A stretch of 64,000 nucleotides of DNA from Paragordius varius (Eukaryota; Animalia; Nematomorpha): positions 3,472,001-3,536,000 of the forward strand of contig OZ176056.1 in assembly GCA_964247055.1 (NCBI GenBank), given 5' to 3'. Each line of letters begins with the position of its first letter. The first letter of the stretch is position 1. The position numbers were made by a program, and so were the translations under genes. Below, piece after piece: positions 1-13,710 of the stretch. The notes beneath the pieces are model-generated. The model was given only the letters and a program-made list of their open reading frames with translations. It was not told the origin of the DNA and did not search any database.

Positions 1-1329
1 TAATATAATTGTTAGAGCTCCGAAAGTTATCCACTTTTTAACCCCTTATGACTTATGGAATATGCAAAAAGCATGAAAACGACTATAATTAAAAATTATA
101 AAAAAATATCCAATGCTTTAATAAATGTATTCGTCATTTTGTGAACGGCATTAAAATTTTGTAGCACATAAATATTATAATATTTAAAATTCAAAAATCA
201 ACAATATTATTTCCCTTCCAAAAAAGTAAAATTCGGTATCAAACCAATATATTCTAAAATAATATAAGCGACATGCGATCAAGCTAAAAAGTGTTTAAAT
301 AATATTTTTCAGTTTTAAAATTTTAGATGATTTTAAGTACCAATTATGCTTCAACAAATTAAATAAATTTTTAAAACAACGATGTTTAAATTTTAAATGC
401 GAATAACTAGCTCTATTAAATATCGCTTTTTTATTTATATTAAAAACACTAGATCATCTCAACGAATATCACAAATGAGTTGAGTCTCAACTTTAATATA
501 ATAACTGGATATACCCGACACATATGGGTGTGACTTAGTCAAAAAATAATTTTAAGTAATCTACAAAATGGAAAATTTGACAAATAAAATGATTAGAAGT
601 CGATGAAACCATTACCGTGCTTAATTTTTTCGTCCAATTAACATCCGTTTGCGTTTTTTGATAAATTATAAAAAAACACTATTTATAAGACATAAAAATG
701 AAGTTATAGGAATATTTTAATAAATATGATAGTAATGTTCAGCATCACCGACTTATATGGATAAAAGTTTTTATATATATTATTACGCTTTAATAAATTT
801 TTGCTAAAAATTAAATTTTTATAAAAAATATGTGTGTTTAAACAGCTAATATTAAACTCTAGCCTATATTATCTCGCAATCTCAGCATCTTTGTGTTAAT
901 ATTAAAAGAACTGGCCCATTTCACAGTGTCCACAAAATATAATTTGCTGAAATTATATATTATATATTGATAGGAAAATGTATCAGGATTATCATTCGCT
1001 CTTGGTTTTGGCTCAAACCAGCGATATAAGCTAATATTCATATGCCATATAAAAAGCGAAACAATATTATTAATTTTATTTAAATGCGGGTGGCGAAAGT
1101 CCCAAATTTTTTACTTTTCTAAAATGATCCAGTTCTAGCCGAGATTTGATAAAAATTTCTAATATATATATATATATATATATTTATTTTTTGTAAAATA
1201 CATTTTTAACAAAATTCTGTTGAAGTGTACTTAACACTTTATTATCTTTACATATTGGAAGTTTTATATGCTAGAATTTATTTTGTAAATAATTTACAGT
1301 TTTGTAAGTTTATTTAAATTAAAATTCAA

Positions 1330-1640
1330 ATATCAAATTGGGACAGCCTCAAAACACGATTGAAACGAACATACTGATATAAAAATCAAGTATATGAAAT
1401 TTTGCTGGAATGTAGCCTGAAAGCTTTTTAAAGTGAATTATTTATATTTTATAACCATAGTATACTTTTATTTGCTTGTTGCATTATTAATAAATTATAG
1501 AAAAAATGGCGGCAAAAAGTTTTAGTAAAGGTTTTTTCTGAAATTCAAAAATTTTGAGCCCCCTAAAAGACTTATGAAACCATATTTTTTTAATTGGCCT
1601 AACCTTAAATACTTTTGAGGTATAAAACTTTAAATCTCTA
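1330..1640. repeat. Dispersed repeat family (copy 1; related copies near 6730-6990, 14540-14680, 22630-22900)
   Basis: Shared blocks such as AAATTGGGACAGC..AAAACAC.ATTGAA, AAAAAATGGCGG(C)AAAA and CCTAAAAG..TTA..AA..CATA...TAAATACT recur in these copies. Boundaries approximate; class not determined. Confidence 0.6.
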
Positions 1641-2971
1641 TGTGATATAAAACTAACCCAAAATTAATGAAGTGTTAACAATATTTTTAGTTATGAGGAA
1701 AATGATATATAAACTTCTTTATAAATAATAATGCTGGACATTTCTATTACCTCAAATTTAATTAAATATTTATTTGTCTTCAAATTTATGTTAAAAATAA
1801 AAAGTGATTCTTTACAAGTCACCAAAATTAGAAGATAAACCCAATTCTAAATAAATTCTGAAGCTATATAAATCAGCATTATCGAATTATAAAAAAATAT
1901 TTTTATCATATCAAAAGCGTTTTTATACTGTTCTTATTATTCCTAAAAATAAAAGGGAATACGCTTCAAAAAATTTTGCTAAAATATTAATTATATTGTC
2001 ATTTTAGTATATATTTAATTTTACCAGTTTTGCTTTTAATATAACTAGGTTATTTGAGAAGCAAAAAAATGGGACTTTCTGAGCCTACACCTAATAATTA
2101 AAATTATTTATAATATGGTTAGGTAGTTTTGATATATTTTAATGATATTGAATTAAGCATAAAAATTTCACCAAAAAAATTGTTAAAATTTGTGTAAATT
2201 TTGCCATTTACTGATAGGGAGCACTTACCACAAAATTGTCAATAAATTATTTTACTCGCAAGGGCTCAAATGATAATCTTGATACATTTTTTATCAGAAT
2301 ACAATTTTATCAGGGGCTGCCTTTTATCGCAATCTCGGACTCATGTTTTAAAATAGCGGAAAAATTTGGGAATTTCGGAGCCCAACTAAACATTAATAAA
2401 AATATTTTGCATTTTTAATGTATTTTAGCGATACATTTAGAATGAACCATTTAGCTTACATAAAAAAAATTTGTTAAAAAAATGTGGGCAACTTTTTATT
2501 TTTAGATATGGAGAATTAATAACATTTTTATCACTCTGAAAACTAAAATTACCATGATAATTATACGTTCTCCTATCATATATATTTTTTTCATCAGGAT
2601 ATAATTTACCCACCGATTTCGGACGCAGTAGAAATCTTTTCTTGCATTTTGATTCAAATTTAATAAGTGCAAACTTTTATATGGTTTTACATTCCATATC
2701 ATAATATTTATCATTTAACAAGCGTTGGTCGTCAACCAACCAATTCGAGCCCAAGGATCCGCACACATTATTGCATTCTAGTGTTAACTTAAATATTTGT
2801 GCCATTGTTTTAATCTATAAGTTTTTAAATAGTTAAAAGATTTTATCATATTTTTAAAAGCAATAATATATTTATTGAAACCGAAGTATGAATACTAATA
2901 TTTTTTACATATATACCTGGATGTTTAGCAAAAATATTTATTCATTCGTTTGCACCATATAGTATCCGATC

Positions 2972-3530
2972 ATGTCAAAGAGTGTAAGCCTCCAGAAAAC
3001 GCAAAAGCGAAAACAATTTCCCTCAAGCAATGCTCAACAAAAGAATAAAAAGGGCCAACCACAAGTTGGAGGAAAGAAAAAGAAATCAGCCAATCGATTT
3101 ACCATTGATTGCAGTAATCCAGTAGAAGATGGAATTTTGGATGCGGCCAATTTGGTATTCATATATTTTTATAAATAAGGAACAATATTTGAAAGAGCGC
3201 ATAAAAGTTGATGGTAAAACTGGCTATAAGGGGAAAGATTTAACTGTTGAACGCAACAAAGCCAAAGTTATTGTAGTTGCCGAGATTCCTTTTTCAAAGA
3301 GGTTTGTTTTTTTATTTTATGTTATTCTTTTTATAATTTGAATTTAATATATCTATCACATAATTTTACACTTATAATATAGGTACCTGAAATATTTGAC
3401 TAAAAAATATTTGAAAAAACACAATTTGCGTGATTGGCTTAGAGTTGTAGCAAATACTAAAGATAGTTATGAATTACGTTACTTCCAAATCAATAATGAG
3501 GAAGGTGACGAAGAGGACGAAGAAGAATAA
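2972..3530 (+). CDS. RpL22: 60S ribosomal protein eL22 (L22), 3 exons
   Basis: Exons 2972-3154, 3180-3301, 3383-3530 with GT..AG introns of 25 and 81 nt. Spliced product reads ...[19 protein letters not shown]|[13 protein letters not shown]...EIPFSKR|[48 protein letters not shown], the canonical eL22 signature. Confidence 0.97.
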
Positions 3531-6500
3531 AGCAAAAAATGATTTATTTTCAAATTTTCTATCTATCCAATAAATTAAGTTTGATACCTACCATTCAATT
3601 TACAGAAGATATATTATAAAACATAATCATTTATCTTTTTTTCATTCAAATTAATCTAATTGACCGAATTAAAGTTACCTAACACTTATTTTAATATATT
3701 TTAGCTTTATTGAAAATAATTTTTCCCTTGATGTATGCATAATTTATTATTTTTTAATTACGCTGGGCAACAAATTTTAGTACCATTAAACTTTGAAATT
3801 TATTTCATTAAAGTACATTTATAGATTATCTGAAAAAAATGGTCCAACACCTAAGAATTTTTTATTATTAGTGCTTATCTAATTGGCCCCGATTTAACAT
3901 CAAAATCGTTTTCTATATTAAGAGTTTTAGAAACAGAGCCACATATTTTATATCATTTGAAAAAGCGCACAAAACCGAAACTCTCGAATGGTTGTTAGTC
4001 ATTTATTTCAATCTGATGTAAAATTTATTTGGCTTTATGGATCAAAAATTTTCACCCTTATATAAGTCAAAAATTTTCAACCAACTAATATAAAGATCAT
4101 ATAAATTGGTTTAATATATTATTGGGTTTACATTAATATAAAATTAAAAATCTTTGAAAAAATTTTTGGTTTACTAGTTTAATAAAAATTATTATTAACA
4201 AAAATTATCTAGTGGATACTAAGATGCATAATTATAACTGTAAATTTATTACACAATGGCTATAAAAAAGAATACCTTAAACTATATTTCTAATCTTTAA
4301 AATTTTGAAAATGTCATCTAAAAGAAATGATAATATTGATATAATGGATTTTTTTAAGACCAAAAAAATAAAAATAGCTGTTTTGAATGACATAAAAGCA
4401 ATAATTGTGTTTTAATCTAAAAAACTTTATAAGGTCATTAAAAAAAGTTTAAGCTATTTTCAGCTATTAGTTTAAAAAATATAATTAAAAAACGCTCTCG
4501 CTTCGCAGGTTTGTCGCTTCCTATGTCCAATTAACTAGCGATTTAAAACATTTGTATGCATTTTGAGTTTTCATTACTCTTTCAAACGATATATTCCGAA
4601 TGGTAATTTATTGTAAATTTCCAACGAAAAATATTTTTTAGTTTTGATAAAGAGGCCCATAATCATAAAAATCATATTACACAAAATTTTTAGGTGGTAT
4701 TATAATTTTTATATCAGATTCACTCTTAAAATGATAACAATAATCAGAAATGCAAAAAACAAGTGGCAGAAAAATTTGTTGTCTAGCGTTATATATAACA
4801 TAACCTTGTTCTCTTTGGTATTTTTAATTAAACTTAATCTTCATTATAAACGGGAAATATTCTAAATGTGTCAAAAACTTTCAAACTTTTTTAAGACTGC
4901 GATTATAATCAGGGTAAATAGTGACCCCAGACTTTATTGATATTTTTAAAAAACTATAGAAAGAAACGGCTGTGATATAACTTTATGTTTCTAAATTAAT
5001 AAAAATTATATGTAAGCCGAAATACATATAATTTAGTTTTAAGAAAAAAGTTTAATATCAAACTACTTTGACGCCATTTTTATTTTACAACATTTTTGTA
5101 TATCGTGTTAATTTAATTCTAACGCTAAAATTATAGTTATATTTATTTAAATCCTATCTAACATTGATATAAACAGAAAAGTGCCTTTTTACATTATATA
5201 TTAGCTAATGCACACATGTCATATAAACTTAATTGTACCTGTTTATCCATAAAATAAGTAAACATCAAGTTTTTTTGATTATAACTTTATTAATTTTGGT
5301 AATCAATGTTTAAGTGCAAACTTTTGCAATGGTATATTTTTATATTCGATTTTAAACAACCCTGTGGTCCCCAAAGACCCCAATTTCAATCAGAAGATGT
5401 GATGAATGTGTTGTATCCACCCAAGTGTTAAAAAACATTTATTTGTGTTGTTAAGCCCTTAAAAACCACATAAATTTTATAATTGATAATTTAAAATAAC
5501 TGTTGAAGTTTGAGGGTAAAGGTTGAATCTGTGTAGCAGCTCATTGACGAATCTTTTTGGTTGTTTAATTTTTTTGATTACACACACACATACATATATA
5601 TATATTCACTGAATAGTCGATCATCCAATAATTTTTATTGGTAATTTTTGATATTACTTTAAATTTTTTCAGTCCGGAACTACCACTATTCTATAGAAAG
5701 TTGCGAAACCTCCATTTAAACGAGTTGTAGTCATTAAAAAACCTTAAAAGGCATGTCCAAAAAAATATATTTCATGTCTTAAGGGCCATTATGCAGATAA
5801 AATGTTTATAGCTGTTTGACAGATTTGCAGATATTTTAACGATATAAGTACCAAAAAATGCAATAAATAATTGCCATAAAAGAGGACTTTTATAGCCGCG
5901 TGGCATTTAATCCATAAAACCTTTAAACCATATTATTACTTTCTGCAAAAATTGGAGCCAAACAGTTTAAATTAATGTTTAAAAATTATTTTTTATCAGG
6001 TATTATCATTTAAATTAGTAAGGTGCTATCCAATGAAATTAAATATCAATTAAATCTTTTATTACGACTATCATTAACCCTACCCTATTTAGTAAAATTA
6101 TAAGGTTTTGCCCCTTTGACGGTAAAATTAAATATTTGTAATGTAAACGATGAGAAAATATAAAAACTAAGCAAGGATTATTATATCTCAAACAACTAAT
6201 TATTTAGTTTTATACAGCCTCGTTTTGACATATGAAAGTTAAAAAAAGATGAATACCTGCAAAAAAATTTAATTAAAGGTGTTTTCGGGATGCTAAATTT
6301 TTATATGGAAAGATATTGGAATGTTGGTTAGTTGTTAAGAAACTATTATTATAGATTATTAATCATTTTGGTTCGTGATTTAGGGTTTTTTAAATGGACC
6401 ATGCAAAAATGATATTAGTTTTTGCCGTAAAAATTTTACTCATGGCTGTTTTATACCAACCAAAAATATTTTTGGGATATTTTATCGAATAGTGGGTGAA

Positions 6501-8546
6501 AACGATGATGGCTTTGCAATTTCAGTGATTAAAACAGGCTTAAAACTTATTAAGCATTCACAATGTTTACTGTTGCTCATTAACACATCATTACCTCTCT
6601 TTTAGGGCTTTATCCCAGCGCGCAATTTTGTCAATAACAGTTTTAGAAGTTATTGTAAAAATTCAATTATCAAACGTTTTTCCTACGTATTATAAAAAGC
6701 TTATATTAGTTTTGTGAATTCTAGAGTTTAAAATTGGGACAGCTGCAAAACACAATTGAACCGACCAGCTGATATTAAAATCAAATGAATGCTTTTTAAA
6801 TTATTTACATTTCCTACATTTATTTTCCAGTTATATTAGCGATTAAAAAAATTTATACAAATTGCGGCAAAAACTTTGAGATGAAAATTTAAATTTATTA
6901 ATGCACCTTAGAAAGACTAAAAAAGCATAGTTTTAAATCTGGCTTAATGGCTTAAATACTTTTTTTAATCAAATTTCAAATCGTTATGGGAAATAAAAAT
7001 ACCTCAAAAGGTAATGGAGTGTTGAAACTCAGCAACCCTTTATAATTTGTTATGAATTATAATAAATTATTGTGGATGGACTTTGGAATTTTATGGGCTG
7101 ATGGATAGGGAAAGCAATGTTTAATGATGGAGAATAAACACTTAAAACTACAATGTTCCAAAAAAAGCAATTCGGCTCAATTTCATAATGTAAATTAAAT
7201 AAATGCATAAATCTTAAGTCTTTCTAGATAAATATTAAAAATTTTATTAAAAGTGCTGTGTCATTTAACTTTTGAGCCCTTATCGCTTTATAACTAATAC
7301 ATTATCAAAGCCGTTAAAAAATAATTATTTAGCAGATAAAAGTTTCAACAGTTTATTGCTTGTAAATCCGTAAAGATTGGAATTCGTTTTAAAAAAATAT
7401 ACCGCAAATACCTGGATCGGAACTATGACCCAATTATATACCATCTAAAGTGCTATTCATATACAGCTCAGAACAACGTGGGCTCCAAAATTTATGCCCA
7501 GCCCTACTAAATTTTTTCAATATAAAGGCAAATCAAATAATTCGAAAATATTATAAAACCATAACTATTTAACAATTGTGTTGATAAGACCAATCGCTAA
7601 CATATTTTTTAAATGATTAGATAAGTGGTCAGATAAATTTTATCTACATTCCTATGAATGTTGCCCTCCTATCATTTTTACTTTTGCTAGAAAAGAAATT
7701 GTCGCATAAATAATATTCCAAATTTGGCTCGTACATAATCCTACGCGGGAAATCAAATGAATAAATTTTTTAGCTTAATTTTTTTCATTAATTTTCATGA
7801 AAGACACGTTAAACTAAAAAGTATATTCAAAAAACTTATCACGTTTGAATTTAAAATTAGTTATCTGGTATTTATTTAATACAAAAGATATAACTAATAT
7901 GATTTAAAAAAGGATACACAACCACAATGGCTCCCCAAAGGGGTCAACGCCTTCCAAGAGGCGCGTAGAATTTAAAGAAGGCGCGAAAAATTTAAAAATT
8001 AAAAAATAAAACTACAGACAAATTGAAGGATTTCAAGTACGGATTAACAAGATTTGTCACCGATATGGAAAAAAAATATTTCATAAATTGCAGATACAAA
8101 GATCTCAATGATTGAACTTTTTAATTCTATAATATATTTTACAATTTATATCTTGGTTTTTTTATAAAAGGGAGCGCAAGAATTTTTATTTTCAATTTGG
8201 TGGGGCGTGTATGAAATAAGGTTGGTTACCACATTACAATTTAATAAGTTTAAATTCGATAAATATATCACGAAAAAGGTTTCAAGTATTTTATAAAATG
8301 GATGTACTGATTACTTTTAGAAACTACAACACAATTTAAACAATTAAGCCAACCATATTAAATGCGTTATCTTCAATTGAACTCAGTTTTTAATATAAAA
8401 AGTTTTTCCGTACAAATTAAACACAGAATGATGGTTAATAAATTTATTTATTAAACATCAATGCAAAATATAGGGGGTGTATTATTATTTATAAAAATCT
8501 AGGATGAATTGACTTGCAATACATTTCTTCCAGATCATGTGTCCCA

Positions 8547-11500
8547 TCAATTACCTGAAAAATTAAAAATATTAGCGGTATTAGTTATATATTTATATTT
8601 TTAAATTAAATTCTTAAAATTGATTAACTACAAATTATGTTTAAATACATATTTTTTTATAAGGCTTATTTCAAATTTGACGACAAAATAAGTAAAAACC
8701 AAATGACTTTTTTATAAATACCACCATATTACCTTAATTCTTCATAATAAAAAACCAATTATTTTGAGATTTATAAAAATTAATGTTTACTTTTAAAAAT
8801 TAGTCTTTTAGTTTTTACATTTGGTTTTAATATAATTTGATTAAATACTGTGTATAACAAATAATTTAGGTTTTAAATCATTTTCCCAAAATAAAATTAA
8901 ATGAATGATTTTTTTAGAATAAATTTTGCGACAAATAACTGTGTCTAACCGGGTTGTCCTGGCATACCATCTTCATCATTTCCTGGTAAACCGGGGTTGC
9001 CAGCACCCCATCCACCACCTAAAAAATATTTTTTTTAGTTATAATTTTTTACTATATACCTCGTTTTACAATAAGTTTTTATTTAATCTTTGTGGCAATA
9101 ACTTATCGAGAGATTTGGAAATTATTGTTTTTAATATTTCATTAACAATTATCAATATTAATTTTAAGTTTTTTTCTTATTTTGAATTGTTTTATGATCG
9201 CAATCAAATAGAAAGATTAAAGAAAAACTGGAATTTAGTTTGAAAATATTGGTTTTAGGTAATATTTAGGATTTTAATTTTAAACATTATTATCAAAATA
9301 ATGTTTAAAAATTTCTAACCAGGAGCTCCGGGCATACCAGCTCCTACATTACTTCCAGGGTTTCCTGGTAAACCGGGGCCACCTGCGCCCCATCCGCTAC
9401 CTAAAAAGCAAAGTTTAAACAAAGTTTAAAACCTATTAAAACTTAATATATACAGTCATGTATCCTTTATTTTAATAAAAATTTATTTTTTTCCGTTAAA
9501 TTGGTGTAAATATTTGGTAAAGAATGGAAAAAACAAGAGCTCTATGGTAATTCTTATACTTTTTTGATGTATATGATATTGTTTGTTAATACCATAGAGC
9601 TCTTGTTTTTTCCATTCACTAAATATTTATACCCAAACGAAAGAAATTTTTTTGAGAAAATAAAGGATACATGACTGTATATTAAAACTATATAAATCTT
9701 AATCATGTAAGAATATGTATCAATTTCTAAATATATTACATTTACAATGAACTAAAAGTCTAATTTTTATTCTTGTTATAAAAATAGATCAAAAATCTAT
9801 ATTCGCTGAATTTATATGCTAATAAAGGTATAATCGTAAATTTGAAATTCAAAAAATTGATTATTTAGGACAAGGAAAAATTGGAAAATAAAAATTATAT
9901 GTACCAGATGCACCAGGTTGGCCGGGATATCCGCCACCACCTCCTAAAAAAGAGTTTTTTTAATAATTCCAATTTTAAGATAATATTAAGCGATCTCGTG
10001 TTTTACTCTCCTTATTTTTGACTTGGTTAATATTTACATTTAAAATATTTAATATAAAACTTTCCAAAACTTATTTGTTTTGTATAATAATAATATTTTA
10101 AACAAATCAAATCTTTTGACACATACTGCAGTAAAAACTGAAATTATACAGACAAAAGGTGAAAATATAAAGACAAATATTTTTTTTATTAATAGACGAC
10201 CATACTTTTTAAATCTAGATTTATATCAATATAACTCATTGTTTAAATGGAGAGTGTGTGAAATAGAGATATATAATACTTATACAATCAATTTTATATT
10301 TTAATTTTGTAGGTAAATAGCTTATAATGAGAATAAAGTAAAGTATGGTAAAAATTTGTCTTTATATTTTCAACTTTTGTCCGTATAATCTCTATTTCAT
10401 AAAAAGTCAGAAGATATTTATTTATATACTTGCATAATCAATTAAATTAAAATTGAATTGTTTGCAAAATCCTTTTAGAAATCTTTTTCAAAAATTTAAA
10501 TACTAATTTTTTTACTATAACTGATTAACTTGTTGCATATTATGAAATAGATATGTGCATATTTGTACAATCAATTATGAATTTTATCTGCGAAAATAAA
10601 AAAAATATTTAAATATAATACCAGGAGCTCCGGGTTGACCAGAACTTCCGCCATAACCCCCACCATTTCCTCCTAAAAATATAAAAAATATAAAATATAA
10701 TTTTCAATCTTGATTAATTAAGAATTACAGCGAAAATTGAAATTATACAGACGAAACGTTAAAACAAAGCAAAATATTTTTTTTCAAAAGGATTAAATTT
10801 ATAGAAATATGTCTTTTAAATATAACTTAATGTTTATTGCAAGATATGTCTTTTAAATATAACTCAATGTTTATTGCATGTATGAAATATAAATGTAAAT
10901 TACAGTAACGCAATTATTATTTTCCAAATTAATAGCAAAAACCATTTAAAAAGTATATAGTAAAAAAAATATTTGTTCCAAATGTTTTTAAGTGTTTTGC
11001 CGCCTGTATAATTTCAATTTTTACTGTTAAAGATGCGACTACTATTAGAGATTTCAATAATTTAATTCAGATTAGAATACAGTAAATTAGCAGAATATAC
11101 CATAACAATTAGAATTAAATTAAAACAATATCTTAACCGTCCGATTAATGTAAGTTTTGTAAATATAACAATTTTTTCCCATTTTTAACATACAGATTTT
11201 GCATAGTAAGTAAGTGGATAATTAAGTAAAAACAAATACTCAAAATCATTGGCTTAATATTTTATACGCTATATTGCATTTTTTTCTGAATTTAAATAAT
11301 GGATTATTTAAGCTTAACAAATTAAAAGCATATATGATATTCTGGTTTTTAGGATTATCAATATATTTCGTTACGAATAATATATGATTGATCGTTTCTA
11401 TTATGGTAACCACTTTACGTTTTTGAATAAAAATGTGCAACTCATGAATTTGGTTAAGCGCTAGAATATTAAAAAACCATTTTTGGATAATATATATATA

Positions 11501-13710
11501 TATATAAAGAACTCACAATCAAAATACGTCTCAAAAGGTTGCAACTTAAACCATAACCCTGCTTTTAACAATGCACGTCAAAAGTCAACCAGATTCAATT
11601 AATTTTTTTTCCTCAAAACTTTAAAATAAATGAGTTTTTTTTTGGGTTGCAAAAAATGAATGAAAAATATGAAAATTTACCAGGAGCTCCAGGTTGGCCA
11701 GAACTTCCGCCATAACCCCCACCACTTCCTCCTAAAAAATATAAAAATAAAATTTTTAATTTTGATTGATTAAGAATTACAGTAAAAATTGAAATTATAC
11801 AGACGAAACGTTAAAACAAGGCAAAATATTTTTTATTCAAAAAAGGTTTAAATTTATAGAAATAAATTTTTTAAATATAACTCAATGTTAATTGCAAGTA
11901 TGAAATACAAATGTAAATTAGTAACGCAATTATTATCATCTACCAAACAAATAATCCATATAGCAAAAACCAAGATTTAAAAAGTATATAGTTAAAAAAA
12001 TATTTGTTCTCTATGTTTTTAAGTAATTTGCCGCTCTGTATAGTTTCAATTTTTACCGTTAAAGATGCGACTACTGTTAGATATTTTAGGCTATTCAATC
12101 ATAAATTCAATCAGATATATGAATAGAGTCAATTATCAGTACATACCCTAACAATTAGAATTATATCAAAACAAAATGTTAACTAATGTAGGTTTTGTAA
12201 ATATAACAATTTTTTCCCATTTTTAACATACAGATTTTGCATAGTAAGTAAGTGGATAATTAAGTAAAAACAAATACTCAAAATCATTGGCTTAATATTT
12301 TATACGCTATATTGCATTTTTTTCTGATTTTAAATAATGGATTATTTGAGCTAACAAATTCAAAGCATATATGATATTTTGTTGTTTAGGATTATCCATA
12401 TGTTTCGTAACGAATAATATATGAATCGTTTCTATTATTATGGTAACTATTTTACATTTTTTAAATTAAAAAATGCAACTCATGAATTTGGCTAATCGTT
12501 AGAATACTAAAATATCATTTTTGGAGAATATATATATATATATATATAACTAAAGAACTCGTAATCAAAATAGACCTCAAAAGGTTGCAAAACTTAAATC
12601 ATAACCGTTGTTTTAACATTGCACGTCAAAAGTCAACCAGTGTCAATTACTTATTTCCTGCAAAACTTTAATTTTGCGTTAAGGAAAATGAATAAAAGAT
12701 ATATGAAATTTTACCAGGGGCTCCAGGTCGGCCAGAATTCCTACCACCTCCTCCACCACCACCTATCCAATAAAATTATTTTCATAAAATTTAGAAAATA
12801 TTGAAAGACCATTTTCTCTTAAATAGGTTTATAAACATATTTCTAATCTTTATTCGGGGCCCCTTTAAAAATTCGGCTTAATTGTTTTCATAGATAACTG
12901 ACTTTATTGGTTATTTTGGTAATTATAAATTTTAGATATTATTTTATTTACGTGTATGATAAATTATGTTAAATTCAACTTGCTCTCAAAATTTATATAA
13001 TAACAACAAAAACTAAAGTTAAAGCACTGTAATATTAAAACAAAATCTTTACCTGTTTTTAATAACCTATCGTTTTAAGTTGGAAATAGGCATACAGATG
13101 TGATTTAAATTTATTTATAACAACTGTAATTATATAAATTTTAGAATGATATGAATTAATATACAATAAAAAATATTAGTCTTAAATTAAATTATATTTT
13201 GTCTTTTCACTGAAATTAAAACTTTAAAAAATTTAAAATAAAAAATAAAAAACCTCCACCACGTCCGGGTTGACCAGGCTGACCGGGTTGACCTCCAGCA
13301 CCGCCTATAAAGTTTTTATTAAAATTTTTGATTTTTGAAAAAAATAATAAAAATTTATCTCAAAATATATCTATAAATTTTACAGTAATTATTGAAATTA
13401 TATGGCAATACGTAAAAATATAAAGACGAATTTTTTTCAAAAGATAACCATAGTTTTTTACACCTTAATTTATCTGATAAAAAATACAATTGTAAAACAC
13501 ATATACTGGAATTTATACTTTGCAATTTAAAACAATGATTTAGTTAAAAATCAAAATTTAAGTATGGTTGTCTTTTATAAAAAATATTTATCATTATATT
13601 TTTATGAATTGTCAGTTTAATTTTTACTGTAATTCAATTAAATATTTACCATAACTAAGGATAGAGGTAATGCATAAAACAAGCAAAGTTAATAAAGCGA
13701 TAATTTTCAT
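8547..13710 (-). CDS. Secreted Gly/Pro-rich low-complexity protein (elastomer/cuticle-like), 9 exons, 152 aa
   Basis: Exons (minus) 13710-13650, 13304-13254, 12762-12715, 11731-11681, 10672-10622, 9943-9905, 9400-9320, 9018-8950, 8554-8547. All introns are GT-AG phase 1 and the total is 459 nt, in frame. Protein: MKIIALLTLLVLCITSILSY (signal-peptide-like) GGAGGQPGQPGQPGRGG GGGGGGGRNSGRPGAP GGSGGGYGGSSGQPGAP GGNGGGYGGSSGQPGAP GGGGGYPGQPGAS GSGWGAGGPGLPGNPGSNVGAGMPGAP GGGWGAGNPGLPGNDEDGMPGQP GN*. Exons are GC-rich islands in AT-rich DNA. Confidence 0.85.
9453..9677. mobile_element. Tc1/mariner-type MITE (near-perfect hairpin)
   Basis: TA-CAGTCATGTATCCTTTATT ... AATAAAGGATACATGACTG-TA with about 100-bp imperfect inverted arms (inner arms GAATGGAAAAAACAAGAGCTCTATGGTA / TACCATAGAGCTCTTGTTTTTTCCATTC) and TA flanks. 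Confidence 0.85.
10622..12762 (-). repeat. Tandem duplication of an about 1.05-kb exon+intron unit
   Basis: Introns 10673-11680 and 11732-12714 align along most of their length, including the same MITE-like motif. The exons at 10622 and 11681 are near-identical 51-mers. Confidence 0.9.

Noticed and set aside
5350-5430. Minus-strand FITSSD*NWGLWGPQG, resembling the Tc1/Tc3 FSDEKKWNLDGPDG motif
   Set aside because: Too short and degenerate to call without a profile search.
8926-9243. 105-aa plus-strand ORF
   Set aside because: It is the antisense shadow of a Gly/Pro exon running into AT-rich intron.
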